Of a stretch of 64,000 nucleotides of DNA, positions 1 to 9,660 are shown piece by piece (the stretch's first letter is position 1; each line of letters begins with the position of its first letter). The notes under the pieces were generated by a model, which worked only from the letters and a program-made list of their open reading frames with translations, was not told the DNA's origin and did no database searches. Location of the stretch: assembly GCA_045863235.1 (NCBI GenBank), contig BTUM01000013.1:32001-96000 (forward strand), read 5' to 3'. This stretch comes from Candidatus Xenobia bacterium (GTDB lineage: Bacteria > Vulcanimicrobiota > Xenobia > Xenobiales > QWHO01). Position numbers and translations under genes: made by a program.

Positions 1-273
1 CCGAGCCCCTGGTTCAGCGTGCTGGTCAGCGGCCTCCTCTACTATGGCTTCTTCCAGGCTCGCGGGCGCCAGACGCTGGGACAGTATGTGCTGCGCCTGA
101 CTGCCCTGACCAGCGAGCGCTACCCCCTCAAGCTGGCTCAAAGTCTCTTGCGCTCCCTGCTCGGCGCCTTGAGCTGGGCTCTGGTCATCCCCCCTCTGCT
201 GGCCCTGCGCGACCCTCAGCGGCGTACTCCAGTGGATCGATGGCTGAAGGTACAGGTCTACCTCACCCCGTGA
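1..273 (+). CDS. RDD family membrane protein, 3' part (begins before the window)
   Basis: YYGFFQA-RGRQTLGQ..L.L and C-terminal D..RRT..D.W pattern typical of RDD proteins; GTGA overlap with the next gene. Confidence 0.7.
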   Translation, partial: PSPWFSVLVSGLLYYGFFQARGRQTLGQYVLRLTALTSERYPLKLAQSLLRSLLGALSWALVIPPLLALRDPQRRTPVDRWLKVQVYLTP

Positions 274-1127
274 GCCTGGAAGCCATCCAGGCCCTGCTGC
301 TCAGCCTGGTGCCCTGCTTTTTCTGGTTATGGTACATCCAGGGACTGGGGCGCTACCGCCGCGAGCCAGCCTGGATGCTGGGCCTGGCCTTGCTGGCCGG
401 GGCGGGCAGCGCGTACGGAGTGCTCTTGACCTGCGACCTGCTCGAAGAGTTGGCTCCTGGTTTTTTGAGCGTGCCTCACGAGCCGCTGCGCCTGCTGTTT
501 TATTTCGTGGTGGCGGTGGGTCTGGTGGAGGAAGGCTGGAAGATGCTGTGTTGCTGGCTGGCGGTCTACTTTCTGCCCAGCTTCGACGAGCCGGTGGACG
601 GCCTGCTCTATGCCGGTTGCGTGGCACTCGGCTTTGCTACGGCTGAGAACGTCAAGTACATCTTGGAGGCAGGCGGTCCGGCCGTGCTGGTGGGTCGCTC
701 AATTCTCAGCACCTTTGGGCACGTGCTGATGTCGGGCGTCTGGGGCTATGCGCTGGGCATGCAAAAGTGCCGTCCCACCCGCGCTCCTCTCTGGCTCCTG
801 GCCCTGTTCGGAGCTGCCCTGGGGCATGGTCTGTTCGACTGGTTCCTGATGATGGGCTGGCCGTTGGCAGCGGTCGCGGTGCTGGCCGGACTGTGGTGGC
901 TGTTCAGTCAACGCATCCAGGAGGCGGCTCGGCTCTCGCCTTACCGGGTGCATCGCGTGCACCGCGTCCGTGAGTGTCCCCACTGCGGCATCCTGCATCG
1001 TGCCGAGGCCAGCTATTGCACGGGCTGCGGCCGGCGTAACGAGACGACGGGTGCTTTATGCGCCAACTGCCTCACCCCGGCGGGGGGCGAGGAGCGTTGC
1101 GGCAAGTGCGGTTGCCTGTTCGCGTGA
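270..1127 (+). CDS. PrsW-family intramembrane metalloprotease with C-terminal double zinc ribbon
   Basis: Motifs VEEGWK, GFATAEN, GH, HGLFD; four C-terminal CxxC pairs; GTG at 270 overlaps the upstream TGA. Confidence 0.85.
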   Translation: MSLEAIQALLLSLVPCFFWLWYIQGLGRYRREPAWMLGLALLAGAGSAYGVLLTCDLLEELAPGFLSVPHEPLRLLFYFVVAVGLVEEGWKMLCCWLAVYFLPSFDEPVDGLLYAGCVALGFATAENVKYILEAGGPAVLVGRSILSTFGHVLMSGVWGYALGMQKCRPTRAPLWLLALFGAALGHGLFDWFLMMGWPLAAVAVLAGLWWLFSQRIQEAARLSPYRVHRVHRVRECPHCGILHRAEASYCTGCGRRNETTGALCANCLTPAGGEERCGKCGCLFA

Positions 1128-1135
1128 CTTACGCG

Positions 1136-3574
1136 TCAGCTGCGGGGTAGCGTTTCCTGCACGATCTTCTCACGCTTGGCCCGCTCTTCGAGGGTCGGCG
1201 AGGCGTTGACCCGGTTGCGCCCACCTCGCTTGGAAACATAGAGTGCCTCGTCAGCCGCCTCGGCCAGCTCTTTCTTGTTGTGAGCGTCGCTGGGGAAGCA
1301 GGCCATGCCGATGGAGGAGGTGATGCGAACTTTGTGGCTCGAGAAGCGCAACTGGAAGGCTTCGCGCACGCGCTCACAGGTGCGCATGGCATCTTCTTTG
1401 CTGGTTTCCTTCAAAATCAGAGCGAATTCGTCGCCACCATAGCGGCAGACGATGTCGGTGGTGCGCACCTTCTCTTTCAAGAGGGCGGCGATCTCCTTGA
1501 GGAGTGAGTCACCTGCGGGGTGGCCCAGCGTGTCGTTGTAGCTCTTGAAGTGATCGGTATCGACCATGACCAGGCACATGTGGCGGTTGTGCCGCTCGGC
1601 CCAGTCGATCTCGTCCTGCAGGCGGGTCTGGAAGTAGCGGTGGGTATACAGGCCCGTCAGGCCGTCGGTCAACGATTGCATCTCGATCTGGTTGAACAGG
1701 CGCGCGTTCTTGATGGCCATCGCGGCCTGGTAGCTGACCGTCTGGACCAGGTTCTTGTGCTCTTCTGTGAAGGTGTTCTCGTCCTTGGCGCCCACATAGA
1801 TACAGCCCATCAGATCCGACTCGGTCACCAGCGGCGCCAGGATCACCGAGCGCTCGTAGTTGATGATGTTGGTGATCTGGTACATCTGGGTATCGGTCAT
1901 GAGCATGGTGTCCTTCTTGTCGAAGGCCATCTTGAAGAGCCCCTCGTCCTTGCGCACCGGCAGCGTCTCGACGTACTGGGCGTAGGGGCTGGAGGCGTAC
2001 TCAGCCTTGAGCTGTTGGGTATCATCCTTGCCGTTGGTGAACACGATGACGCTCTGGGCCCGGGGGATCATCTCCTGAAGTCCCTCGGCTACCACCTTCA
2101 TCGTATGGTCGATCTTGAGCGAGGAACGGGTGATCTCCTGACCCATCTTCTGGATGCCCGAGAGCTGGCGGTTCTTGGCTTCCTCGGCTTCGCGCCGACC
2201 CTTTTCGTTGGCAACCTCTTTCTCTTTGTCCTCGAAGAGCAGAGCAGTCTTGAGCGAGGGCGCGGCGTAGGCCGCAAGCATCTTTAGCTTGTTGACGTGA
2301 TCGGTATTGTGAGTGCCGGGCTTGATGGAGCCGACATACACGACTCCCACGGTTTCCTTGCTGACCACCAGCGGCACGGCGATGGCCGAGCGCTCGTCCT
2401 TGAAGATACGCTGCTCGGCCGAGGCTCCTAACTCGAATTCCGACTGGGGTTTGCGGGTTTGCATAGCCTTCTTGATGAGCGTCTCCTCGAGTTGCAGGAG
2501 CGACGACATCTGCAAGACGTTTTCGTAGGGCGTGTCGGTCTTGGCGGGGACCAGGGTCTCCTTGCCATCGGCTTTGACCAGGAAGATGACGCACGACTGG
2601 TAGGGGATGTGCAGCCTTTTGATAAACGTTTGCACCACGGCCAGAGTGCCGGCCAGGTCGGTGCTTGCGCCAAGCTCGTTGGCCAGTTCGTAGACCAGGT
2701 TGTTTTCGTCTTTCTTGCTGTCCAGGTCTTGAACCAGGGCCCGGTTCTCGTCCGTGAGGGTGCGCACGCGGAACTGCTCGCGCTTGAGGTCTTGCTCAAG
2801 CTTCTCCTGGTCTTGCACCACGATCTCTTCGAACGACTTCTTGAGCGCGAAGCGCACCGCCGCCATGAGGCTCGCTCCCAGGAGGGAGGCGCAGGCCAGG
2901 TCGACCATCGGGGGCAGGGTGCCCGCCGCGGCCTGGGCAAAAGCAGCCGCCAGGAGTCCGACGGGAATCCCGACCAGGGGCAGATAGCCCGAGTCCTTGC
3001 TGCCGGCCCGGTAGACTTTCGCCTCGCTCTCTCCCTCGACGGTCTCCACCACGGCTCCGGTCAACAGGGCATCCAGTCCGGCGTAGAGCGCCATGGCCAG
3101 CAGGGCAGCGCCCAGTGAGCGAAGGGAAACGATGGCGGCGTCGCCTCGGGCGATGCCGAAGGCGAAGCTCACGACCCCCACCCGGAGCAGGTTGAGAGAC
3201 AGATAGGCCAGGCGTTGCAGGCCGGATTGGAAGCTGCCGACCCCCACGCGAAGGATCAGGGCCGGAGCGGCTACGATCAGTCCCTGAGAAGCAAGCACCA
3301 GGGCCGCCATCGGTGCAGACTGAGGCCGGGCCACCGCCAGGAAATAGATAAACGAGGCCAGGCTGACGTAACCGTAAGCGGTGAGAGGTTGCGACCAGAG
3401 CTCGAGCGCCACGGCGATGACGGCCAGGAGCACCAGGGGGTAGAGCATATTGCTGGCGTTGGGGAGGAAGAGGAAGAGGGACACCACGAGGAATGCGAAG
3501 CCGATGAGGCCGCTGAGCCCCACCAGGAAATTCCCTTTACCGCCTGTTTGCACGCTCAAAAAGCTATCACCCAC
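1136..3574 (-). CDS. Membrane-bound diguanylate cyclase (TM region, coiled coil, two GAF domains, GGDEF)
   Basis: TDGLTGLY, DTDHFKSYNDTLGHPAGD, RYGGDEF; hydrophobic N-terminus; two GAF-like segments. Confidence 0.92.
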   Translation of the reverse strand: MGDSFLSVQTGGKGNFLVGLSGLIGFAFLVVSLFLFLPNASNMLYPLVLLAVIAVALELWSQPLTAYGYVSLASFIYFLAVARPQSAPMAALVLASQGLIVAAPALILRVGVGSFQSGLQRLAYLSLNLLRVGVVSFAFGIARGDAAIVSLRSLGAALLAMALYAGLDALLTGAVVETVEGESEAKVYRAGSKDSGYLPLVGIPVGLLAAAFAQAAAGTLPPMVDLACASLLGASLMAAVRFALKKSFEEIVVQDQEKLEQDLKREQFRVRTLTDENRALVQDLDSKKDENNLVYELANELGASTDLAGTLAVVQTFIKRLHIPYQSCVIFLVKADGKETLVPAKTDTPYENVLQMSSLLQLEETLIKKAMQTRKPQSEFELGASAEQRIFKDERSAIAVPLVVSKETVGVVYVGSIKPGTHNTDHVNKLKMLAAYAAPSLKTALLFEDKEKEVANEKGRREAEEAKNRQLSGIQKMGQEITRSSLKIDHTMKVVAEGLQEMIPRAQSVIVFTNGKDDTQQLKAEYASSPYAQYVETLPVRKDEGLFKMAFDKKDTMLMTDTQMYQITNIINYERSVILAPLVTESDLMGCIYVGAKDENTFTEEHKNLVQTVSYQAAMAIKNARLFNQIEMQSLTDGLTGLYTHRYFQTRLQDEIDWAERHNRHMCLVMVDTDHFKSYNDTLGHPAGDSLLKEIAALLKEKVRTTDIVCRYGGDEFALILKETSKEDAMRTCERVREAFQLRFSSHKVRITSSIGMACFPSDAHNKKELAEAADEALYVSKRGGRNRVNASPTLEERAKREKIVQETLPRS

Positions 3575-3581
3575 TCGACCT

Positions 3582-3790
3582 GAGACCGGGCTTGTGACCG
3601 AGGTTCCAGACCGGTGAACGGATTCCCTGCAGCAATGGCGGAGCCGGGCCGCCTGGACAGGGTGTGACGGCTCAAAGGAGGCTCTCGTGCGGGTGCTTTT
3701 CCCGCAACCTGGAATTCAGCCCGGTCCCCATACTCCTCCAGTGGTTCGGTCTCGCCTCTGAGTGGGCGGATCCGAGCCACATTTCCCTGA
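3582..3790. ncRNA. Candidate structured RNA or long 5' leader of unknown family
   Basis: Nested inverted repeats (GACCGGGCT/AGCCCGGTC, TTCCAG/CTGGAA, GAGCCG/CGGCTC, TGCGGG/CCCGCA) plus a separate long hairpin at 3742-3780; lies directly downstream of a promoter. Confidence 0.4.
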
Positions 3791-3794
3791 ACTA

Positions 3795-3824
3795 ATTTTA
3801 GCATCAACTAACCTGGTTCGGCAA
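3795..3824 (-). promoter_or_regulatory. Sigma70-type promoter upstream of the structured leader and the diguanylate cyclase
   Basis: TTGCCG-18 nt-TAAAAT with TG extended -10 on the minus strand. Confidence 0.6.
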
Positions 3825-3826
3825 CC

Positions 3827-4840
3827 TCAATGGCTGGCTTCGGGCCGCGGCTGGAGGGCCTGGATGGCTTCGGCGAGGCTCTCTACCGGCACAATATTCA
3901 GGCCGGTCTGGGCCGAGCGCGCCTCGTCGAGGTCTTCTCGAGGGCAGAGGAAGATGCTGGCACCCGAGCGCTCGGCGGCGATCGCCTTAAAGCGTGCTCC
4001 AGTGATGGAGTACACCCGGCCGTCCGGGGACATCGTGCCGGTGCCTGCGATCACTCGTCCCCCGGTCAGGTCCAGGGGGGTGAGCTGATCCACGATTTCG
4101 AGGCTGAAGATCAGTCCGGCCGACGAGCCGGCGATGTTGCCTGATTCGATCTCGATGGCCACGGGCAGTCGCTCGGGCGCTTCCTCGGTTTCGATGGTGA
4201 CCCCCAGTCGAGCACTGCCCTCGATGCGGACTGGAGTCAGCTCGAGTTGGAGGCTCTCGTCGTCTCGGCGGAGCTCGAGTTGCATGGTGCCCGAACTGCC
4301 GCGCACGGCATTTCGCAGATCGTCCGCCGTTCGAATGGGCGTGCTGCCGGCCCGGATGACCAGGTCGCCCGGCTGCAGGCGACCCTCAGCCGGAGTCCCC
4401 GGAAGGACCCGGGTGACTCGTGCCCCTACCGGCTCGAGTTGCACGTCGTAGCCGAGGTAGCGCAGGGCAGCCACCTGGGATGTGTAGTGGCTGATGGCCA
4501 TGGGCAGGTCGGCGCCATCGTCGGAGCGCTCCTGGATCGGGGAGGAACCGTCCGAGGGAACGAGCTCGGCGTCGGGCTCCATCATACTGTAGAGACAGGC
4601 CAGCGCGCTGGCTTTCTCGATGAAGACGGTGGTGATCAGAAGTTGGCCGTAGCTAGGATAGGTCTTCTGGTCGAGTATGTGCACCATCGGCGCGGCCGAA
4701 GCCGTGCGGCCAGGAGCCCGCAGCACATAAGGGGTGGGTATGTAGAACAGGATGGTGGAGGTGAGCACGGCCAGCAGGGTCGCCCGCAGGAAGGTTGCGG
4801 CCACCTTGCGCGGAGTCAGTTTCTTTTTGTTGGCGGTCAA
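3827..4840 (-). CDS. YlbL-like PDZ domain / Lon-type (S16) protease
   Basis: N-terminal TM, PDZ (PAEGRLQPGD), GSSAGL Ser and FK Lys dyad, IAGTGT; usual neighbour of coaD. Confidence 0.85.
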   Translation of the reverse strand: MTANKKKLTPRKVAATFLRATLLAVLTSTILFYIPTPYVLRAPGRTASAAPMVHILDQKTYPSYGQLLITTVFIEKASALACLYSMMEPDAELVPSDGSSPIQERSDDGADLPMAISHYTSQVAALRYLGYDVQLEPVGARVTRVLPGTPAEGRLQPGDLVIRAGSTPIRTADDLRNAVRGSSGTMQLELRRDDESLQLELTPVRIEGSARLGVTIETEEAPERLPVAIEIESGNIAGSSAGLIFSLEIVDQLTPLDLTGGRVIAGTGTMSPDGRVYSITGARFKAIAAERSGASIFLCPREDLDEARSAQTGLNIVPVESLAEAIQALQPRPEASH

Positions 4841-5433
4841 GGCGCTTCGGCCGAGGCCAGGGTGCGAGGGGGTTGAGCTTCCTCGCGCTGGGACTTGAGC
4901 GTCTCCTGGTGCTTCTTGATGATGGCCAGGATCCGGCTGAGCTCACCCTCCATACCATTGAGCACGCCGGCAGCGAAGCGCTCGGATGCTTCGCGGACCT
5001 CGCGGGCTTGAGTCTGGCTCTCGCCCTGCAGGCGCTGGCACCTGTCGCGGGTTTCCTCCAGCAACTTGCGCCCTTCTTCCCGGGCCCGCGCCATGACCTC
5101 GCTTTCCTGAACCAGCCGTTGCGATTCTTCACGGGCAGTCCGCAGGATCTCGCGCGCCTTTTCCTCTGCGTCGCGCAGGATTCGGTCAGCATCGCTGCCC
5201 GCCTGGCGGACCACGTGGGTGGCCTCTGAAGTCGACTCTTGTGCGATCCGGTCGCGTTCTTGCAGGATCCAGTGAGCGTCCTTGACCTCCTGAGGCAACT
5301 CTTCGCGAGCCCGGCTCAGCAGCTTGAGGAGCGGATCGCGGTAGAGCACCACCCGATCGTTCATCGGCCAGGGGAGACTCTGCCCGTTCTGGGCCAGAAG
5401 CTCGAGTTTCTCCAGATACTCATAGATTTTCAC
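4837..5433 (-). CDS. Coiled-coil protein (DivIVA/ATP synthase b-like hypothetical found after coaD)
   Basis: Repeated A..I...A helical pattern; overlaps coaD and the ylbL-like gene. Confidence 0.65.
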   Translation of the reverse strand: MKIYEYLEKLELLAQNGQSLPWPMNDRVVLYRDPLLKLLSRAREELPQEVKDAHWILQERDRIAQESTSEATHVVRQAGSDADRILRDAEEKAREILRTAREESQRLVQESEVMARAREEGRKLLEETRDRCQRLQGESQTQAREVREASERFAAGVLNGMEGELSRILAIIKKHQETLKSQREEAQPPRTLASAEAP

Positions 5434-5948
5434 GATTCGCGCTCGACTTTCTGTCCCACCGGCTCGGCTCGCGGACCAAATTTTTCTTGCAGTTTCAGTT
5501 CCACGTAGGAGGGCACCATGCGGGCCACGGTTCCGCCCAGGGAGGCGATCTCCTTGATGGAGCTGGAGCTGAGAAAGGCGTGCTGATCGGCGGTCATGAG
5601 GAAAATCGTGTCCACGTCAGGTGCCAGATTCCGGTTCAAGAGCGCCATCTGAAACTCGAACTCGAAATCGGACACGGCTCGCAAGCCTTTGAGGATGATC
5701 GTGGCCTTTCGTTGGCGCACGAAGTCGACGAGCAGCCCCGAGAAGGCGTCGACGCGCACATTGGGCAGGCCGCACACGGTCTTGGTCAGGATCTCTTTGC
5801 GCTCGTCCAGGGTAAAGAGGGGTTTCTTGGCCGGGTTGGTTACCACTGCCACGACCAGTTCGTCGACCAGCGCCGCTCCACGGGTGATGATATCCAGGTG
5901 CCCATTGGTAACCGGGTCGAAGCTGCCCGGGTAGACTGCTCTGCGCAT
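5430..5948 (-). CDS. coaD: Phosphopantetheine adenylyltransferase
   Basis: YPGSFDPVTNGHLDI, GLRAVSDFEFE, SSSSIKEIA; ATG at 5948 (upstream start at 5969 possible). Confidence 0.96.
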   Translation of the reverse strand: MRRAVYPGSFDPVTNGHLDIITRGAALVDELVVAVVTNPAKKPLFTLDERKEILTKTVCGLPNVRVDAFSGLLVDFVRQRKATIILKGLRAVSDFEFEFQMALLNRNLAPDVDTIFLMTADQHAFLSSSSIKEIASLGGTVARMVPSYVELKLQEKFGPRAEPVGQKVERES

Positions 5949-5992
5949 TCTCTGATCCTCGTCTGACAACGAGATTCGGGTCGCCCCACGGT

Positions 5993-7345
5993 CTACCTGC
6001 CGCTGAGCACGCTCCCGTCGGGGATTCGCTCGGCGTGGTCGCTCTCCAGACGAACCACGCCTTGCACCACGATCTCTCGGCCGAAGGTAAAGTCCCCCCG
6101 CACGGTCAGGCTGACCGCCTGGCGCAGGGAAGGCGTGGATGGAATACGGGCCTCGAAGTCGTCGTACATTGCGTAGTAGCGACTATCCAGGTCGATCAGG
6201 GGGTTCTCGCCCGGGGCCGCTCTCTCCAGTCCCGGTTCGGAGGTCAAACGATAAAAGTCCGAGCGGACCAGCAGCAGATCGTTTGTGTTCTTGACGGGCA
6301 GAAAGCGCGACCTGTCCACCACCAGCCCCTGCGAGCCCTTCAGGCAGCCCAGGGCCGAGCCCATGGCGCTCTCCAACTGGTAAACTGGCTCGGAATCGGG
6401 ATCGCTCGGGTCCACCGTCTTGCGGTTGACGATCAGGGGAAGGTCCAGAAAGCCGCCCGCGGATTTCAGTTGCGAGTAAAGGCTCTCGAGTCTCAGCCAC
6501 AGGTTGTTGGTGTTGAAGTATTCGTAGCGGTCAATGTCCTGAAAAGCGTCCAACTCGTCGGGCGGGCACTGCGCGACCTCGCGCAGCAGCAGTTCTCCGT
6601 TGGCCCGTCGGCGAGCCAGGTGGCCGCCCTTGCGGTCGGCATGGGTGCGCTGAGCGACCTCCATCAGGAGGGGAGCTGAGCTGGAGGCGAAGTGAGCCAG
6701 AATGCGCACGTCCAGAGTGGCGCCCACGTTGTCCACGTTGCTGACGAAGAGATAGCGATAGCCCCGCTCGAGCATCTTCTCGAGCAGGCCACTGGACCAG
6801 AGCGTGGGGTAGAGGTCTCCATGTCCCGGCGGGCACCAGGTCAGCTCGGGGTCGGGATGCTCGGCGGGGGCCAGATCGCGTCGGCGAACCTTGGGCACGC
6901 GCGACTGAAGCAACTCGACCGGCAGGTCGCGGGAGACCCCCGGGTAGGCTCGCAGTGCCTCCAAGGACTCGTCCCGGGTGTGGAAGCTGTTCATCAGCAT
7001 GAAGGCCGGGGCCTTCAGGTTCTGGACCTGGCGAGCGGCAAAGTCGAGGAAGGTTAGCCCTTCTCGCACGGGTAGCAAGGACTTGGGTCCGTGCAGACCC
7101 ATGCTGGTGCCCAGGCCCCCGTTCAGCTTCAGGCACACGGTCTGCCGGAGCGCATCCGGGTCGACGCGCTCCTTCAAGTCGGCCAGTCGAGGGAGCGAGC
7201 CGACCTGGGTCAGCTCGCGTTCGGGCAGTTGGCCGCTCGAGCCGCTGGCCAGCTCTTCATAGCGTCTCGCGAAGAAAGCGATGTGCGATTCGGCCAGGCC
7301 GTCGGCTCGCATGCGGGCCGCGAACGGCTCGAAATTGGCCGGCAC
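5993..7345 (-). CDS. UTP--glucose-1-phosphate uridylyltransferase, eukaryote-like (UDPGP family)
   Basis: KLNGGLGTSMG, WCPPGHGD, SNVDN, KGGH, FNTNNLW, RFLPVK. Confidence 0.92.
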   Translation of the reverse strand: MPANFEPFAARMRADGLAESHIAFFARRYEELASGSSGQLPERELTQVGSLPRLADLKERVDPDALRQTVCLKLNGGLGTSMGLHGPKSLLPVREGLTFLDFAARQVQNLKAPAFMLMNSFHTRDESLEALRAYPGVSRDLPVELLQSRVPKVRRRDLAPAEHPDPELTWCPPGHGDLYPTLWSSGLLEKMLERGYRYLFVSNVDNVGATLDVRILAHFASSSAPLLMEVAQRTHADRKGGHLARRRANGELLLREVAQCPPDELDAFQDIDRYEYFNTNNLWLRLESLYSQLKSAGGFLDLPLIVNRKTVDPSDPDSEPVYQLESAMGSALGCLKGSQGLVVDRSRFLPVKNTNDLLLVRSDFYRLTSEPGLERAAPGENPLIDLDSRYYAMYDDFEARIPSTPSLRQAVSLTVRGDFTFGREIVVQGVVRLESDHAERIPDGSVLSGR

Positions 7346-7348
7346 GAG

Positions 7349-7966
7349 CTACTGGTAGTTGAACTTCAGTTGGTAGGAAACCCGCGTCCACTCGCCGTTA
7401 AGCAGAATCTTATCGTGAATCAGTCCATCGGCCACGATGGGGGCTCCGTACGAGTTCACCACGTACCCTTCGAAGAGGTTGAACTCCAGCGTCCGGCTCT
7501 CGCCTGGAAGAAGGCGCCCGACATCGCGTGTCACGGCGGTCACTTCGCGCAAGCTGCCATCCTTGAAGATGCAGATCGCTTCCACGTTTTCGGCGGCTGC
7601 ATCGCCGGTGTTACTGATGGTGGCCATGACCTTGGCATTGTTGCCAGTCATGTATTTCTTTTCCCAGCGTACTTTGATGTAGGGGCGAATGAGCTCGCGT
7701 CGGACGGGCGGTGCTGGATTGCCTACCATGACCTCGGCCTGGCCGGTCTGGGGGTTGTAGCTATACGAGCCTCCGGTGGCGGCAGCCACCTCCTCCAGGG
7801 CAACATAGACCTTCCCTTTGTACCAGAGCGCCTTGCCTTTGACGGGGTAGCCGTTGATGACCACGGAGAGCGCTCGCGGAGCGGCGGCCAGCAACTCCCG
7901 GCCACCAGGCATCGCCACCAGGACCGTCGTCAGCAGGATCATGACCCAGGAAATCTTCGTCTTCAT
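7349..7966 (-). CDS. Secreted hypothetical protein (copper-amine-oxidase-N-like stalk plus Ig-like domain)
   Basis: Signal peptide MKTKISWVMILL; YVALEEVAAATGG; ATISNTGD; SD AGGAG and upstream TATAAT. Confidence 0.6.
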   Translation of the reverse strand: MKTKISWVMILLTTVLVAMPGGRELLAAAPRALSVVINGYPVKGKALWYKGKVYVALEEVAAATGGSYSYNPQTGQAEVMVGNPAPPVRRELIRPYIKVRWEKKYMTGNNAKVMATISNTGDAAAENVEAICIFKDGSLREVTAVTRDVGRLLPGESRTLEFNLFEGYVVNSYGAPIVADGLIHDKILLNGEWTRVSYQLKFNYQ

Positions 7967-8157
7967 CGCCTTGGCTCCTAACCCGGTGCTCCTTTGATTA
8001 TACCGGCTGGCCGTGGAGGCGAGCAACGGGCCACATGTAACATTTTTTCGCTTTCCAGTTGCGCGTACTGATAAGGTCAGGAATATCTGTAAGACGACTC
8101 TTCGCGAGGTTGGCAGGTGTTGAAGGAAATTCTTCAACTTTGCAGAAAGCTGCTCCG

Positions 8158-9591
8158 ATGGTGAGCAACAGAGTTCTGGTTGGGCGTTACCAACTGGAAG
8201 CCAAACTCGGCGAAGGCGGCATGGGCTCGGTATATCGGGCTCTCGATCTCACCACCCGGAAGACCGTCGCTGTCAAAATCCTGCGTCGCGACCTGTGTGA
8301 GTCCAAGCACGCTCGACGTCGTTTCGCGCGGGAAGCGCGAGCCTCAGCCATGCTGAATCATCCGGGCGTCGTTCGGGTGTTCGATTACGTGGACGACGTT
8401 CGCCCCTTCATCGTCATGGAATTGATCGACGGGGTTTCCCTGCGCCGCCACATCCGCCGCGAGAAACCCCCGGTCGACCGGGTCCTCGAGTTGCTCCAGA
8501 TGGTCTGCGAAGCCCTTGGCCATGCTCACCATCGAGGCGTTGTCCACCGTGATATGAAGCCCGACAATGTGGTGGTCACTCGGGATGGACGCATCAAAGT
8601 GCTCGATTTTGGCCTGGCTCGAGTGATGACGCCCGATCTTTCTCAGTTGACCCGGTCCGGCTCGGCTTTGGGAACTTGTTCCTACATGTCGCCTGAGCAA
8701 GCAGCCGGTAAGGACGCTGACGAACGCAGTGACCTGTATGCCATGGGTGTCATGATGTACGAGTTTCTGTGCGGCTCGACGCCCTTCTCTGCCGACGATC
8801 CTGCCTCCATTCTCTACATGCACGTTCATGAAGAGCCAGAGGCGCCCCGAGTGCTCAATCCTGACCTGCATCCCGAGCTCGAGCGCTTGATCCTCTCTTT
8901 GATGGCCAAGGACCCGCTCGAGCGTCCGGCCACTGCACGGGTCCTGCACCACGAGCTCGACCGGTTGCGTCGGATTTTACGCGGCGAGGAGCCGGTGACG
9001 GAAGATACAGCCGAGTTGGAGGCACCGGCGCCTCTGGCCCAGGGCCCCGAGCCCGTGCCAGGGGACCAGGTCAGCCTGCTGGCTGCTGACATCCCCAACT
9101 TCGGGCGCTTGACTCGCGATAAAGGCCCCCTGGAGACCACCGAGCTCGAGGCAGTGCTGGTCGAAGAGCTGGAGAACTCGGTGCGCACGAATTCCGGTCG
9201 GCTCCTGGAACGCTATGGTACGAAGGTTCTGGCTGCCTTCTGCGGGGATGATCATGGGGTGAGGGCGGTCCGTTCTGCTCGCACGATGAAAACTCGAATT
9301 CAGGCTGTTTTGCAGCGCTACAGCCTGGAGTCCAGGCTGCCCAGTTTTTCCGCGGGGATCTTTGGCGGCCGACTCCCCGACCGGGGTCCCAACGACTCGT
9401 GGGAGGACGTGGCCCGGCAGGAATTGATGCACGGCGCCTCACGGTTGGAGAAGCTCTCGCGTGACCTGCAGGATGAGATCTTGATCAGCGCAGATAGTCT
9501 GAACCAGGAAGTCGTGGCCGAGCCTCTGCGCTCGCTGTTTGTGAGAGGCCGTCAGGAGCCCATTCAGGTCTATCGAGTCCGCTCGGCCTGA
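8158..9591 (+). CDS. Ser/Thr protein kinase fused to a degenerate class III nucleotide cyclase domain
   Basis: LGEGGMG, VAVK, HRDMKPDN, DFG, YMSPEQ; C-terminal ADI..F, SRLE, ILIS, VRGRQEPIQVY. Confidence 0.85.
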   Translation: MVSNRVLVGRYQLEAKLGEGGMGSVYRALDLTTRKTVAVKILRRDLCESKHARRRFAREARASAMLNHPGVVRVFDYVDDVRPFIVMELIDGVSLRRHIRREKPPVDRVLELLQMVCEALGHAHHRGVVHRDMKPDNVVVTRDGRIKVLDFGLARVMTPDLSQLTRSGSALGTCSYMSPEQAAGKDADERSDLYAMGVMMYEFLCGSTPFSADDPASILYMHVHEEPEAPRVLNPDLHPELERLILSLMAKDPLERPATARVLHHELDRLRRILRGEEPVTEDTAELEAPAPLAQGPEPVPGDQVSLLAADIPNFGRLTRDKGPLETTELEAVLVEELENSVRTNSGRLLERYGTKVLAAFCGDDHGVRAVRSARTMKTRIQAVLQRYSLESRLPSFSAGIFGGRLPDRGPNDSWEDVARQELMHGASRLEKLSRDLQDEILISADSLNQEVVAEPLRSLFVRGRQEPIQVYRVRSA

Positions 9592-9624
9592 TTTTGTTTC
9601 AGCGACGAGGAGCGGTCGATTGAA

Positions 9625-9654
9625 TTGACAGCGCCCTGATGCGAGGGGTAACCT
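9625..9654 (+). promoter_or_regulatory. Sigma70 promoter, probably leaderless transcript
   Basis: TTGACA-18 nt-TAACCT-6 nt-ATG(9661). Confidence 0.65.
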
Positions 9655-9660
9655 GAGCAT

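Noticed and set aside
3556..3807. 83-aa ORF over the structured intergenic region
   Set aside because: Starts within the promoter, has no motifs and no SD
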